From positions 36,322 to 100,321 of the forward strand of contig CAYOSF010000004.1 of NCBI GenBank assembly GCA_964406605.1: a stretch of DNA of 64,000 bases. The letters run 5' to 3'. Source of the stretch: an uncultured Dehalococcoidia bacterium (GTDB lineage Bacteria > Chloroflexota > Dehalococcoidia > DSTF01 > RBG-16-68-14). The position numbers and the translations under genes are program-made. Of the stretch, positions 1 to 9,180 are shown piece after piece (within the stretch, counting starts at the first letter, position 1; every line of letters begins with the position of its first letter). The notes beneath the pieces are model-generated. The model did not search any database. It saw only the letters and a list, made by a program, of their open reading frames with translations, and had not been told where the DNA came from.

Positions 1-463
1 CTTTTCGCTGCTTGCCTCACAGTGCATATCGACCATTACGATGGTTCCTTCCCCGATCTCGGTCAGCGCCGCATCAACGGCTCGGAATGGGCAATCGGTT
101 TGGGGCATGAAGGTGCGGCCCTGGAGATTGATGATGGAGGCCCCCTTGTGTGAGAGCACGCCTCGGCCGGGCGTGCCCGGCGGGTAATTCAGCGGTCTCA
201 GGATGGGGAGATCCTTCTCCAGGACCGCGATACCCTCTTTCTGGTCCCAGATGTGGTTGCCTGACGTGAGGGCGTCCACGCCGGCATCAAATAGTTCGCG
301 CGCGGTGCCTTCCGTGAGGCCGAAGCCGCCGGCGGCATTCTCGGCGTTGGCAACGGCCAGATCCACGCCGAGCTCGTCGCGCAACGAGGGCAGCAGCGCG
401 GCCACCGCCCGGCGCCCAGGCTTCCCTACCACGTCGCCGATCATGAGGAGTTTCACGGCGGCC
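1..463 (-). CDS. ymdB: YmdB-like metallophosphoesterase (2',3'-cyclic-nucleotide phosphodiesterase family); 3' part beyond window start; GTG start
   Basis: Minus-strand translation reads VKLLMIGDVVGKPGRRAV...TSGNHIWDQKE...DMHCEASSEK, typical TIGR00282/YmdB. Lies directly downstream of rny, the conserved rny-ymdB pair. Confidence 0.8.
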
Positions 464-599
464 TACGCGCCAGGTTTCCCCGGCCTACGGTTCCTGCGCT
501 CCTTCCCTGGGCGTCTGGCTCATCTCTTCCAGTGTGCCCGGCGCTTCGTGTCACACGCGAGATGTCGCGGCAGCGCGTTCGGATCCACGAAAGGTCGCT

Positions 600-2138
600 C
601 TACCGAGCGTATTCGACGGCTCGGGTTTCCCGCACCACCGTTACCTTGATCTGGCCCGGGTACTCCAGCGACTCCTCGACCTTCTTGCTCACGTCTCGGG
701 CAAGGCGCATCGCCTCAACGTCATCGATTTCATCCGGCTTGACGATGACCCGCACCTCGCGTCCGGCTTGGATGGCGAAGGCCTTCTCGACGCCATCGAA
801 TTCGTTGGCGACGCTTTCCAGCGCCTCCAACCGTTTGATGTAATTGTCCAGCGTCTCCTGGCGGGCCCCAGGGCGGCTGCCGCTGATGGCGTCTGCTATC
901 TGGACGATGATTGCCTCTACGGTCCGCGGCTCCACTTCGTCGTGGTGCGCTTCGATGCAGTGCACCACCGCCGCGTTGACCTTGTGTCGCCGGGCCAGCT
1001 CCGCGCCCAGCAGAGCGTGCGTGCCTTCTACCTCGTGGTCGATTGCCTTTCCCAGGTCGTGCAGCAGTGCGCCGCGACGGGAGACATTGACGTCCGCTCG
1101 CACCTCCGCAGCGATCATCCCCGCGATGTGCGCGCTCTCTACGGCGTGCTTTAGCTGATTCTGCCCATACGAGGTCCGATACTTCAGCCTGCCCATGGCT
1201 TTCAGGATCTCGGGGTGCAGTCCCGGACACTTTGCCTCAACCGCCGCCTCCTCCGCAGCCTCCCGTATCGTCTCCTCCACCTCCTGACGCGCCTTTTCCA
1301 CCATTTCCTCCACGCGTGTCGGATGGATGCGCCCGTCCGTGACGAGGCGGCTGAGCGCCACGCGGGCCACTTCTCGCCGCACCGGGTCGAAGCTGGCAAG
1401 CGCGACGGCGTCCGGCGTGTCATCGATGATCAAGTCGACGCCTGTGGCCGCTTCCAGAGCGCGGATATTTCGGCCCTCGCGGCCGATGATCCGCCCCTTC
1501 ATCTCGTCGCTGGGAATGGGGACGACCGAGACGGTAGTTTCACTCACCACATCTGTGGTGAGCCGCTGCATGGTGCCAGCCAGGATCTCACGAGAGCGTA
1601 GGTCAGCCTTCTCCTTGACCTCCGCCTCCACGAGACGGAGGCGCCGGGAAGCGTCCTCACGGACCTCCTTGTCTATCTCTTGGAGAAGGAGATCACGCGC
1701 CTCCTGGGCGCTGAGCGTGGCTACGCGCTCGATTTCCTTGAGCTGGCGTCCGCGGAGTTCTTCCAGCTCTGCCTGGAGCTCGTCTGCCTTCTGTCGTTTG
1801 TTCGCAAGGTCGCGTTCACGACGTTCTTGCGTTTCGATCTTGCGGTCTAGGTTCTCCTCTTTCGAGGCGACGCGCTGCTCGAGCCGGAGGATCTCATCCC
1901 GCCTCCCCTTTAGCTCGGCTTCTGCCTGACTTCGTAGCTGAATCGCCTCCTCTTTGGCCTCAAGGACCGTTTCCCTTCTCTTCGCCTCTGCCTCCGTCAG
2001 GATGCGGGCTGCGGCACCTCGGGCCGCCTCTATCTGCCCCGCTCCCATTCGAATCTTGAGGTAGTAACCTAGAAGACCGCCGATCACCAACGCGAGAACG
2101 CCCACCACGACGCTCACCACGATGGCGGTCATGGTCAC
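600..2138 (-). CDS. rny: Ribonuclease Y
   Basis: 512 aa. N-terminal TM helix, long coiled-coil region, KH domain (IIGREGRNIRALE), HD domain (HDLGK...HH...). Conserved order with ymdB. Confidence 0.9.
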   Translation of the reverse strand: MTMTAIVVSVVVGVLALVIGGLLGYYLKIRMGAGQIEAARGAAARILTEAEAKRRETVLEAKEEAIQLRSQAEAELKGRRDEILRLEQRVASKEENLDRKIETQERRERDLANKRQKADELQAELEELRGRQLKEIERVATLSAQEARDLLLQEIDKEVREDASRRLRLVEAEVKEKADLRSREILAGTMQRLTTDVVSETTVSVVPIPSDEMKGRIIGREGRNIRALEAATGVDLIIDDTPDAVALASFDPVRREVARVALSRLVTDGRIHPTRVEEMVEKARQEVEETIREAAEEAAVEAKCPGLHPEILKAMGRLKYRTSYGQNQLKHAVESAHIAGMIAAEVRADVNVSRRGALLHDLGKAIDHEVEGTHALLGAELARRHKVNAAVVHCIEAHHDEVEPRTVEAIIVQIADAISGSRPGARQETLDNYIKRLEALESVANEFDGVEKAFAIQAGREVRVIVKPDEIDDVEAMRLARDVSKKVEESLEYPGQIKVTVVRETRAVEYAR

Positions 2139-2509
2139 CTCACTTTCTCTGCTTCGTCTCTATCCGATATGGAACATCCTTTCCAAAGTCTATGCTTTGA
2201 TTCATGATAAACGCGGCCTATTGGAGGTGTCAAGGAAATCCACTTGTACGAAATGGGGCCGCTTGATGAAGCTGTTGCTCCGCACCGAAAGCGCAGGAGA
2301 TGAGTCTGTGCAGTGTAGTGGCCAAGAGATGCCGGTGCCGAGCGAATGGCGTTGGCCCGTGGTCCGGTCGCTGCTAGACTGTATGCGCGCTGGTGACGTG
2401 TGGCAGAGGCCCTCGAACATCTGCGTGACCGACGAGGTCGACGATGGCGGCTGTTTCGGGTGTGGCCGCCCGCGAGTGCTGCGCGAGCGGATAGGAAAGG
2501 GGCTAGGCG

Positions 2510-3163
2510 ATGAAGGTGACGTGGCTTGGACATGCTAGTTTCCTGTTGGTGTCAGACGCGGGGGTCAAGATCATCACCGACCCATACACGCCGGGCATGT
2601 ACGGTCTGGACTACAAGGATATCAACGAGAGCGCCGACATCGTCACCGTGAGCCATGAGCACGGTGACCACAACAACGTTGCGGCAGTGAAGGGAGACCC
2701 GCAGGTCATTCGTGGGGACGGAAGCCACGAGGCGAAGGGGCTGACGTTCCGGGGAGTGGCCTCCTACCACGACGCGAGCAAAGGCGGCGAGCGGGGCGAG
2801 AACACGATCTTCTGCTTCGCCGTCGACGGCGTGAACGTCTGCCATGTGGGCGATCTTGGCCACGAGTTGGAAGACAAGGCGCTCGCACAGATTGGCCAGG
2901 TGGACCTTCTGCTCCTACCCGTGGGCGGTAATTTCACCATCGATGCTACGGTGGCCGGCCAGGTGTGCGAGAAGCTGCGACCCAAAGTGGTCATCCCCAT
3001 GCACTTCAAGAACGAGCGCTGTCCCACGTTCCCGGTGGCGGAGGTGGACGAGTTCCTCGGCGCATGTAGCCAGGTGAAGAAGCTGGAGAGCAGCGAGCTG
3101 GAGATAGCCGCAGATGCTCTCCCGGCGTCCACGGAGACCGTGGTGCTGAAGCCGGCTCGCTAG
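2510..3163 (+). CDS. Metal-dependent hydrolase, MBL fold (UPF0173-like)
   Basis: MKVTWLGHASFLL...VSHEHGDHNN...CHVGDLGH, typical of the small beta-lactamase-fold hydrolase family. Confidence 0.75.
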   Translation: MKVTWLGHASFLLVSDAGVKIITDPYTPGMYGLDYKDINESADIVTVSHEHGDHNNVAAVKGDPQVIRGDGSHEAKGLTFRGVASYHDASKGGERGENTIFCFAVDGVNVCHVGDLGHELEDKALAQIGQVDLLLLPVGGNFTIDATVAGQVCEKLRPKVVIPMHFKNERCPTFPVAEVDEFLGACSQVKKLESSELEIAADALPASTETVVLKPAR

Positions 3164-3185
3164 GCACGGTGAGCGAGAGGCTGGC

Positions 3186-3420
3186 CTAGCTGGGCGCTGC
3201 TGCCGCCAAGAATTGCCGATAGAAGGTCGCGAATCCCTCCGCGATTCTCGCCCAGGAGTAGCGTGTCCTAGCGAGTTGGAGAGCGTTTCGACCTAGGCGT
3301 CGGCGTTCGGACTCGTCGCATACCGATTCGGCGATGACCCGCGCGAGGGAGGTAGCGTCGTCCACATACGAGTCGGTGATCCCGCGCCGGATCGAGGGGC
3401 ACGCGGAAGGGACGAAAGGC
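3186..3420 (-). pseudogene. C-terminal remnant of a GT1-family glycosyltransferase
   Basis: The last ~70 codons (…RRRLGRNALQLARTRYSWARIAEGFATFYRQ) match the characteristic GT1 C-terminus. The upstream part of ORF 3186..3767 is non-GT-like and overlaps the strongly supported CoA-transferase gene, so only a fragment remains. Confidence 0.4.
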
Positions 3421-3509
3421 TCTTGCCCCACGGCGCGCGCTGACCCTAGCATGGGCAGGAGCATGTTCGTCCGTTGGAGAAAGGAGTCCTGTGTCGAGGA
3501 CAGGTCCGT

Positions 3510-4709
3510 ATGACTGACGCCGCCCTGTCCGGCCTGACGGTGGTCGAGCTGTGCGGAACGATCGCCGGGCCCTACTGCACCAAGGTCCTGGCGGATCTCG
3601 GGGCCCAGATAGTGAAGATCGAGGAACCTGCCGGAGGCGATCCGGCCCGGCGTGCGGGTCCTTTCCCGAAAGACAGCCCGCACCCTGAGCGCAGCGGTCT
3701 TTTCCTCTACCTCAATACGAACAAGCTGGGCGTCACACTCGACGTGACGAGCGCCACGGGCCGACATCTCCTGCTCGAGCTGCTGCGGGACGCCGACGTG
3801 TTCGTCCAGGATCTACCGCCGGGCGAGGCGGATGACCTGGGGATCGGCTACGAAGCGCTGGCGGATTCCCACCCGAAGCTGGTCGTCACTGCCATCTCTC
3901 CATACGGAGCATCGGGCCCCCACCGTGACTGGCGGGCCTATCACTTGAACCTGTACCACGGTAGCGGTCACTCTTCCTTCTTCTATCAGGACCCGCGGGA
4001 GGCGGCGAGAGGTCCGGTAGTCGGGGGCGGAAACGTCGGCGAGTACGATGCCGGCCTGGCGGCGGCCCTGGCAACCCTCGCGGCCGTTCTCGGGCGCGAG
4101 GCGACAGGTCGTGGACAGCAGGTGGAGGTGTCCAAGCAGGAGGCTCTCGTGGCCTTGGAGAGGGTTGAGATCGGCCGCCTCGCCAACGACCCCATCCCGA
4201 TGAATCGCCCGGGAATGGTCGGTGGGCTGGTGCGCTCCCGCGACGGCTACGTTGTGATAACGGCTGCCCAGGACGGCCAGTGGAAGGGTCTGGTGAAAGC
4301 GATGGGCAGCCCCGCATGGGCCGAGGACGAGAGCTGCCGTGACGAGAAGAGCCGCTCGGACAATCGAGACGAGATCCAGCGTCGGATCGAGGAGTGGGCT
4401 GCCGGGCTCTCCAGCGATGAGATCTATCGCGTGTCGCAAGAAAGCAGCACGCCTGTCGGCCCGGTGCGCACCGTGGCCGAGGTGATGGCATGGCCGCAGG
4501 CGCGCCAGAGGGGTTTTTTCGCCGAAATTGAGCACCCGGAGGTCGGCCGCCTCGAATACCCCACAGCGGCCTACCGCTTTTCTGAGACCCCCTGGCGGGC
4601 GGAGCGACCGGCGCCGCTTCTTGGTGAACACAACGAATCGGTCTTCTGCGGGAAGCTCGGGCACGCGCGAGCCGACCTGGTGCGTTTGCGAGCGGCTGGA
4701 GTGATCTGA
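3510..4709 (+). CDS. CoA-transferase family III (CaiB/BaiF-type)
   Basis: MTDAALSGLTVVELCGTIAGPYCTKVLADLGAQIVKIE, the classic family III N-terminus, with full-length similarity. An in-frame upstream ATG at 3474 is also possible. Confidence 0.8.
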   Translation: MTDAALSGLTVVELCGTIAGPYCTKVLADLGAQIVKIEEPAGGDPARRAGPFPKDSPHPERSGLFLYLNTNKLGVTLDVTSATGRHLLLELLRDADVFVQDLPPGEADDLGIGYEALADSHPKLVVTAISPYGASGPHRDWRAYHLNLYHGSGHSSFFYQDPREAARGPVVGGGNVGEYDAGLAAALATLAAVLGREATGRGQQVEVSKQEALVALERVEIGRLANDPIPMNRPGMVGGLVRSRDGYVVITAAQDGQWKGLVKAMGSPAWAEDESCRDEKSRSDNRDEIQRRIEEWAAGLSSDEIYRVSQESSTPVGPVRTVAEVMAWPQARQRGFFAEIEHPEVGRLEYPTAAYRFSETPWRAERPAPLLGEHNESVFCGKLGHARADLVRLRAAGVI

Positions 4710-4711
4710 CG

Positions 4712-5971
4712 ATGGTTGAAGCAGAGGTCAAGGGAGGTCCCCTGGCAGGAGTCAGAGTGCTTGACTTCACGTGGGCCTGGGCCGGACCCCACGGGACGTT
4801 GCTGCTCGGTCTCCTGGGGGCGGAAGTGATCAAAGTCGAGAGCAGAAGCCGACTCGACCATACGCGGGTTCGGTCGCTGATGACCGGCCCAACGATGACC
4901 AGTCCCGATCACTCGGCCATCTTCAACGATCTGAACGTCGGCAAACTGAGCCTGAGCCTGAACCTCAAGAAGCCGAGGGCGGTGGAGATCGCCCGGGAGG
5001 TGGCAAGGCACAGCGACGTGGTGACCGCGAACATGAGGCCGGGCGCCCTGGATCGACTGGGCCTGGGCTACGAGTCGCTGCGGGAGGTGAAGCCGGACAT
5101 CATCGTGGTATACTCCTCGGCCGTCGGTAGCACCGGGCCCGAACACACCTACGTAGGATACGCGCCCACCTTCGCCGCGCTGGGCGGCCTCTCCTCGATC
5201 ACCGGACACCGGGGCGGCATGCCCAACCCACACAGCGGCGCGGTCGACCTGCGGGTGGGTACCACGTGTGCATTCGCCGTTCTGGCCGCGCTCTACCATC
5301 GCCGGCGAACGGGCGAGGGACAGTTCATCGATATCTCCTCGGCGGAAGCGGTGAGCGCCCTTATCGGCGGCGTCTTCATGGAGCCTGCCATGAACGGGCG
5401 AACGCCCACTCGGGACGGCAACCGCGATCCATCGATGGCGCCGCACAACTGCTATCCCTGCCGGCGCAGCAAGAGCGCGTCGGGTGCGAACGAGGCAAGG
5501 CAGGAATCGCTGAGCATCGCCGTGGGCTCCGACGGGGAATGGCGGTCGCTCTGCGGGGTGATGGGCCGGGACGATCTGGCGGATGACACAAGGTTCGCCG
5601 ACGTGGTGAGCCGGTATCGGAACCAGGAAGAGCTGGACGCCATCATCTCGGCGTGGACGCGGCGGAGGACGGCCCAGAAGACGGCCGATAGACTGCAGAA
5701 GGCAGGCGTCGCGGCCGTACCGGTGCTCTCGGGCAACGGCCTGACGCAGGACCGCCACATTCGAGCCAGGCATGTTATCGACAAGGTTGAGCACCCGGTC
5801 CTCGGACCACAGTTCGTTCTGGGAGTCCCTTGGCGGCTTTCCGATACGCCGGCTGCCGTCCGCCGCCCCGCTCCCTGCCTGGGAGAGCACAACAGCTATG
5901 TGCTGGGAGAGATCCTGGGTATGGCGGAGGAGGAGATCGAAGCGCTGATCCGCGACGGCGTGGTGGCCTAG
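4712..5971 (+). CDS. CoA-transferase family III (CaiB/BaiF-type), tandem paralog
   Basis: GVRVLDFTWAWAGPHGTLLLGLLGAEVIKVE. Starts 2 bp after the stop of the preceding paralog. Confidence 0.8.
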   Translation: MVEAEVKGGPLAGVRVLDFTWAWAGPHGTLLLGLLGAEVIKVESRSRLDHTRVRSLMTGPTMTSPDHSAIFNDLNVGKLSLSLNLKKPRAVEIAREVARHSDVVTANMRPGALDRLGLGYESLREVKPDIIVVYSSAVGSTGPEHTYVGYAPTFAALGGLSSITGHRGGMPNPHSGAVDLRVGTTCAFAVLAALYHRRRTGEGQFIDISSAEAVSALIGGVFMEPAMNGRTPTRDGNRDPSMAPHNCYPCRRSKSASGANEARQESLSIAVGSDGEWRSLCGVMGRDDLADDTRFADVVSRYRNQEELDAIISAWTRRRTAQKTADRLQKAGVAAVPVLSGNGLTQDRHIRARHVIDKVEHPVLGPQFVLGVPWRLSDTPAAVRRPAPCLGEHNSYVLGEILGMAEEEIEALIRDGVVA

Positions 5972-6128
5972 TAGCAGCGGACAATCGCCAGACGCGGCGG
6001 CCCAAGCATTCGCTCCGTGACGCGCCGTCAGAGGCAATTCCCGGGAACGAAGAAAAAGATCCCTCAGACCGTGTAAGAATTCCGCGCCGCACCTGTCATA
6101 CCGGTGACACCAAGAAAGGAGGCGTAGG

Positions 6129-6731
6129 ATGAACGCCATCATAAAGGTCACCGGTCTCATGGTCATGGTAGCGGCGGGGTACATCGGAATAGCTGGAGGC
6201 GTCGTCCAGGCGGCACCGGGGCCCGAAGAGGCGCAGATGGAGCGGATCACCGACCCGTGCATGGTGCTCGCGGACTGCATCCAGATCGATCCCTGTCTCG
6301 TCGTGGATTGTGACGATGAGCCGGCCGTTGAGCCTGCTGACGACCCGGCCGTTGAGCCTGCTGACGACCCGGTCGTTGAGCCTGGTGACGACCCGGCCGT
6401 TGAGCCCGGCGACGACCCGGCCGTTGAGCCTGGTGACGACCCGGCCGACGATCCTGGGGACGACCCGGCCGACGACCCTGGGGACGATCCCGGAGACGAC
6501 CCGGGCGACAATCCGGGCGACGATCCTGGAGACCACCCTGGTGACCAGCCGGGCGGTGACCCTGGGAACCAGCCCGGGACCAGCTCTCTGCCCGACGCCG
6601 GCACCGGCGACGGCGCCCCGGCCCAGAACAGCCAGGGAGTCATCGTTCTCGCCGCACTGGGCATCGCGGGCATCGCGATCCTGTTCGCCATGTTCGTGGC
6701 GTTCCGGAGCAAGGAATCGTCCGCACGCTGA
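6129..6731 (+). CDS. Secreted/anchored acidic tandem-repeat protein (Asp/Pro-rich)
   Basis: N-terminal hydrophobic signal/TM. Five 8-aa repeats (DDPAVEPA/G), then about twelve 4-aa repeats (DDPG/DDPA). C-terminal LPDAGTG...hydrophobic helix...RSKESSAR tail. Confidence 0.5.
   Translation: MNAIIKVTGLMVMVAAGYIGIAGGVVQAAPGPEEAQMERITDPCMVLADCIQIDPCLVVDCDDEPAVEPADDPAVEPADDPVVEPGDDPAVEPGDDPAVEPGDDPADDPGDDPADDPGDDPGDDPGDNPGDDPGDHPGDQPGGDPGNQPGTSSLPDAGTGDGAPAQNSQGVIVLAALGIAGIAILFAMFVAFRSKESSAR
6304..6590 (+). repeat. In-frame tandem repeats (24-bp x5, then 12-bp x~12) inside CDS 6129..6731
   Basis: Repeating gacgacccggccgttgagcctgstgac units followed by gacgayccbggv units, read directly from the sequence. 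Confidence 0.7.
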
Positions 6732-6816
6732 CATCGAGGGAAGAGGTAGGACGGCAGCGGGCCGCCCGTACGGGCGGCCTGTTGCGTCGTGGGGCGGATC
6801 AGGATGGCGCGCCCGG

Positions 6817-7230
6817 TCAGCCATGCCAGACCCTCAGGAACTCCCCCGGCGTGACGAACTCCGTGCCCGCATAGCCCCGCGAGAGCAGTACTTCTCTGTC
6901 GGCCGTGACCAGATATTGGGCGTCTCCGCCGACCGCCGCTTCGGCCAGTCGACGGTCTCCCTCGTCCTTGAGCCGGAGGCCGGTCACCTTCCCCGGCACG
7001 ACGAGCACACTTCGCTCGCGCAGCTCCTGCAGCAGGCCGGTCACCTGGCCGCGGGACGTGACCCGCCCGAGCCAGGCGGCTCCCAGCACCAGTTCCGCCT
7101 CGCGGAGCGTCGCCTCCGACGCCACGATCTCCAATCGACCGTCGCGCCACGCCCGCACGATCTTCGCAGCGCTGCCTCTCGGCTTCGCCAGCGCGGCGAC
7201 GAAGACGTTGGTATCGACGACGATTCTCAC
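6817..7230 (-). CDS. PIN-domain protein (putative TA-system toxin family)
   Basis: VRIVVDTNVFVAAL...LVTADREVL motif layout typical of PIN nucleases. Start probably the GTG at 7230; the ORF is open up to 7290. Confidence 0.55.
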   Translation of the reverse strand: MRIVVDTNVFVAALAKPRGSAAKIVRAWRDGRLEIVASEATLREAELVLGAAWLGRVTSRGQVTGLLQELRERSVLVVPGKVTGLRLKDEGDRRLAEAAVGGDAQYLVTADREVLLSRGYAGTEFVTPGEFLRVWHG

Positions 7231-7299
7231 GGGAGCGAACTTCGCGTGGAGCTGCCTGTCACCGCATGCTGAGCGGGAGGAGCTGTTCAAACGACGATC

Positions 7300-9045
7300 C
7301 TACGGCGGAAGGCTGCCGATGATGCCCGCGTCGTACTGGAGGATGAGCAGGGCATCGACGGCGTTGACCCGGCCGTCTCCGTTTGCATCGGCATGCTCCA
7401 GACAGGGCAGCGTGTCGACGATGCCCGCGTCCGACTGGAGCGCCAAGGCGGCGTCGGCACTGTTCACGTATCCGTCGCAGTTCGCGTCCCCGGCTGCCGC
7501 ACTCCTGTTCGCCATGAGCAACGTGTGGCTGTTCTGGTAGACACTCTGCACGCCGTTGGCGTCCTTGGCCCGCACATGGAAGGTGTAGTGGCCATCCGCC
7601 AGGCCGTTGAAGGTGGCGGAGGTATCTGCCGTCCAGTCGGACCAGTTGGGCCGCCTGTCCTCCGTGAAGCCTTGCAGATACGCCATCTCCCAGGTCTGCG
7701 GATCCCTGCGCCAACCTTCGAGGTAGTACGAGTAGAGGTAGCCGCCGGCACCTCCTGAGGCTATCCACTCGTAGTGCGTCCTGCCGGAGGTCACAGTGTC
7801 GCCGGCTGGGAACCTCGTGAGCATCACCATCGGGGCTGAGGGGTTCGCAAGCTGCCGGCCGACGTCCCGGCGGGTGGTGCCGAGCAATGCGTAGACCTCT
7901 CCGCCGGGGCAGATCGTTGGGTTGCAGTCCCGGTGGCCGCTGACGTTGACGAGATCGCGATTCCAGTCATCGTTCGAGAGGAGGAAGTCGCTGGAGCCAG
8001 TCGGGTCGATCTGGTGCGTGGAGCACTCCCAGGCCAGCACCTCCTTCAAGCGCGCGAGCATCTGGCCGCCTGGTTCGCCTCCTCCTTCGCACTCAGCAGG
8101 GGAACAGAACGTGCCCAGGAGGGACACGCCGGTGCTCCCGTAATTGTGGTTCAGGGCGTGGCCGGCGACCACGTCTTCGCTCAGGACCTCGCGGCCATCC
8201 TCCCACTCCCGCCCGTAGCGACCCTCGTAGGAGTTGCCGAACCTGTCCACCAGTGAGTTGTAGCCGATGTCGCCCCAGCCCAGCGTCCGGGCGTGGTAGG
8301 TGTAGACGGCCCGCACGTCAGCCTTGGCTTCCTCTTCGTTCGCGTAGTCGTTGCCGGTCACCGTGTGGTGGACGACGATCTTCTTGGTGGGCACGTAGGA
8401 GCGCGGCCAGATCTCCGTCCCGCCGTTGAATCTCAGGCTCTCGTCGGCGCCCCAGGCCTCCCGGGTGAAGGTTATGGGTTTGGCGCCCACCACTTGCCCG
8501 CTCACATTCGACGCCGACTCCACGACCGGACCGTCGGCACTGTTGATGAACGTCGCGGTGACAGATGAGATCGAAACGGACTCGGGAAGAGACGCCCGGT
8601 ACTGGAGACGGCGATGCCTGGGAGCTCTCAGAAGCGCCGCATAGGTTTCACCGCGCGGCGTCTCCAGCGGCCGGGCCTCGACGTAGAGTTGACGCCAGGG
8701 CGACCAAGACGCACCGTCCTCGGAGGTTCGGACCTCGAACCCGGCCTTTGCTAGGTCCGGACCGCCGCCCTTCCAGTGGAGGCCAACATGCGTGAAGGGA
8801 AACCGCGCGGCCATGACCGGCGACTCGAAGGCACCCGGACCAGCAAGCGCGCCCGCGCCCGCACGATCCAGCGTGGCACCGGCAAGCCGTCCTCGGGAGA
8901 ACGCCGCGCCGGAATGCACCGCGTCGTGGACCAGTGCGCGGACGGCGCCGGGACGCCCGCTCGCCGCCGGGCGCGGCCGGCGCAAGGCGCACATGCCTGC
9001 GACGGTCGAACCAGCGGCCGACGCGAGGAACCGCCGGCGGCTCAT
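7300..9045 (-). CDS. N-acetylmuramoyl-L-alanine amidase (Amidase_2/PGRP fold) with Tat signal and C-terminal type-I dockerin
   Basis: Tat motif MSRRRFLASAAG. KIVVHHTVT...GWGDIGYNSLVDRFG...SGHRDC..PT.CPG amidase_2 signature. Two dockerin repeats (DANCDGYVNSADAALALQ / DANGDGRVNAVDALLILQ) at the C-terminus. The upstream in-frame ATG at 9180 is less likely. Confidence 0.8.
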   Translation of the reverse strand: MSRRRFLASAAGSTVAGMCALRRPRPAASGRPGAVRALVHDAVHSGAAFSRGRLAGATLDRAGAGALAGPGAFESPVMAARFPFTHVGLHWKGGGPDLAKAGFEVRTSEDGASWSPWRQLYVEARPLETPRGETYAALLRAPRHRRLQYRASLPESVSISSVTATFINSADGPVVESASNVSGQVVGAKPITFTREAWGADESLRFNGGTEIWPRSYVPTKKIVVHHTVTGNDYANEEEAKADVRAVYTYHARTLGWGDIGYNSLVDRFGNSYEGRYGREWEDGREVLSEDVVAGHALNHNYGSTGVSLLGTFCSPAECEGGGEPGGQMLARLKEVLAWECSTHQIDPTGSSDFLLSNDDWNRDLVNVSGHRDCNPTICPGGEVYALLGTTRRDVGRQLANPSAPMVMLTRFPAGDTVTSGRTHYEWIASGGAGGYLYSYYLEGWRRDPQTWEMAYLQGFTEDRRPNWSDWTADTSATFNGLADGHYTFHVRAKDANGVQSVYQNSHTLLMANRSAAAGDANCDGYVNSADAALALQSDAGIVDTLPCLEHADANGDGRVNAVDALLILQYDAGIIGSLPP

Positions 9046-9180
9046 CTTCCGGCTCAGAAATGGGGACACGGCGCTTCCTTGCTCAACTGCCACCCAGCAG
9101 GCCAATCCGAGTGCTATCGCGGCCACTATACGGGCGGGGAATCGGGCCGTCAAACTGCGTCCCGACGCGGCGCCCGTCAT

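Noticed and set aside
203-1154. Plus-strand ORFs 203..649, 532..843, 534..1154, 844..1158
   Set aside because: Antisense to ymdB and rny. Low-complexity Ser/Arg/Ala-rich translations.
3421-3767. N-terminal two-thirds of ORF 3186..3767
   Set aside because: No glycosyltransferase similarity, and it overlaps the CoA-transferase gene start. Only the C-terminal GT1-like fragment was kept as a remnant.
4571-7150. 859-aa minus-strand ORF (and the 315-aa ORF 3886..4833)
   Set aside because: Antisense to the two strongly supported CoA-transferase genes and the acidic repeat protein. Extreme Arg/Pro/Gly/Ser composition typical of wrong-frame ORFs in GC-rich DNA.
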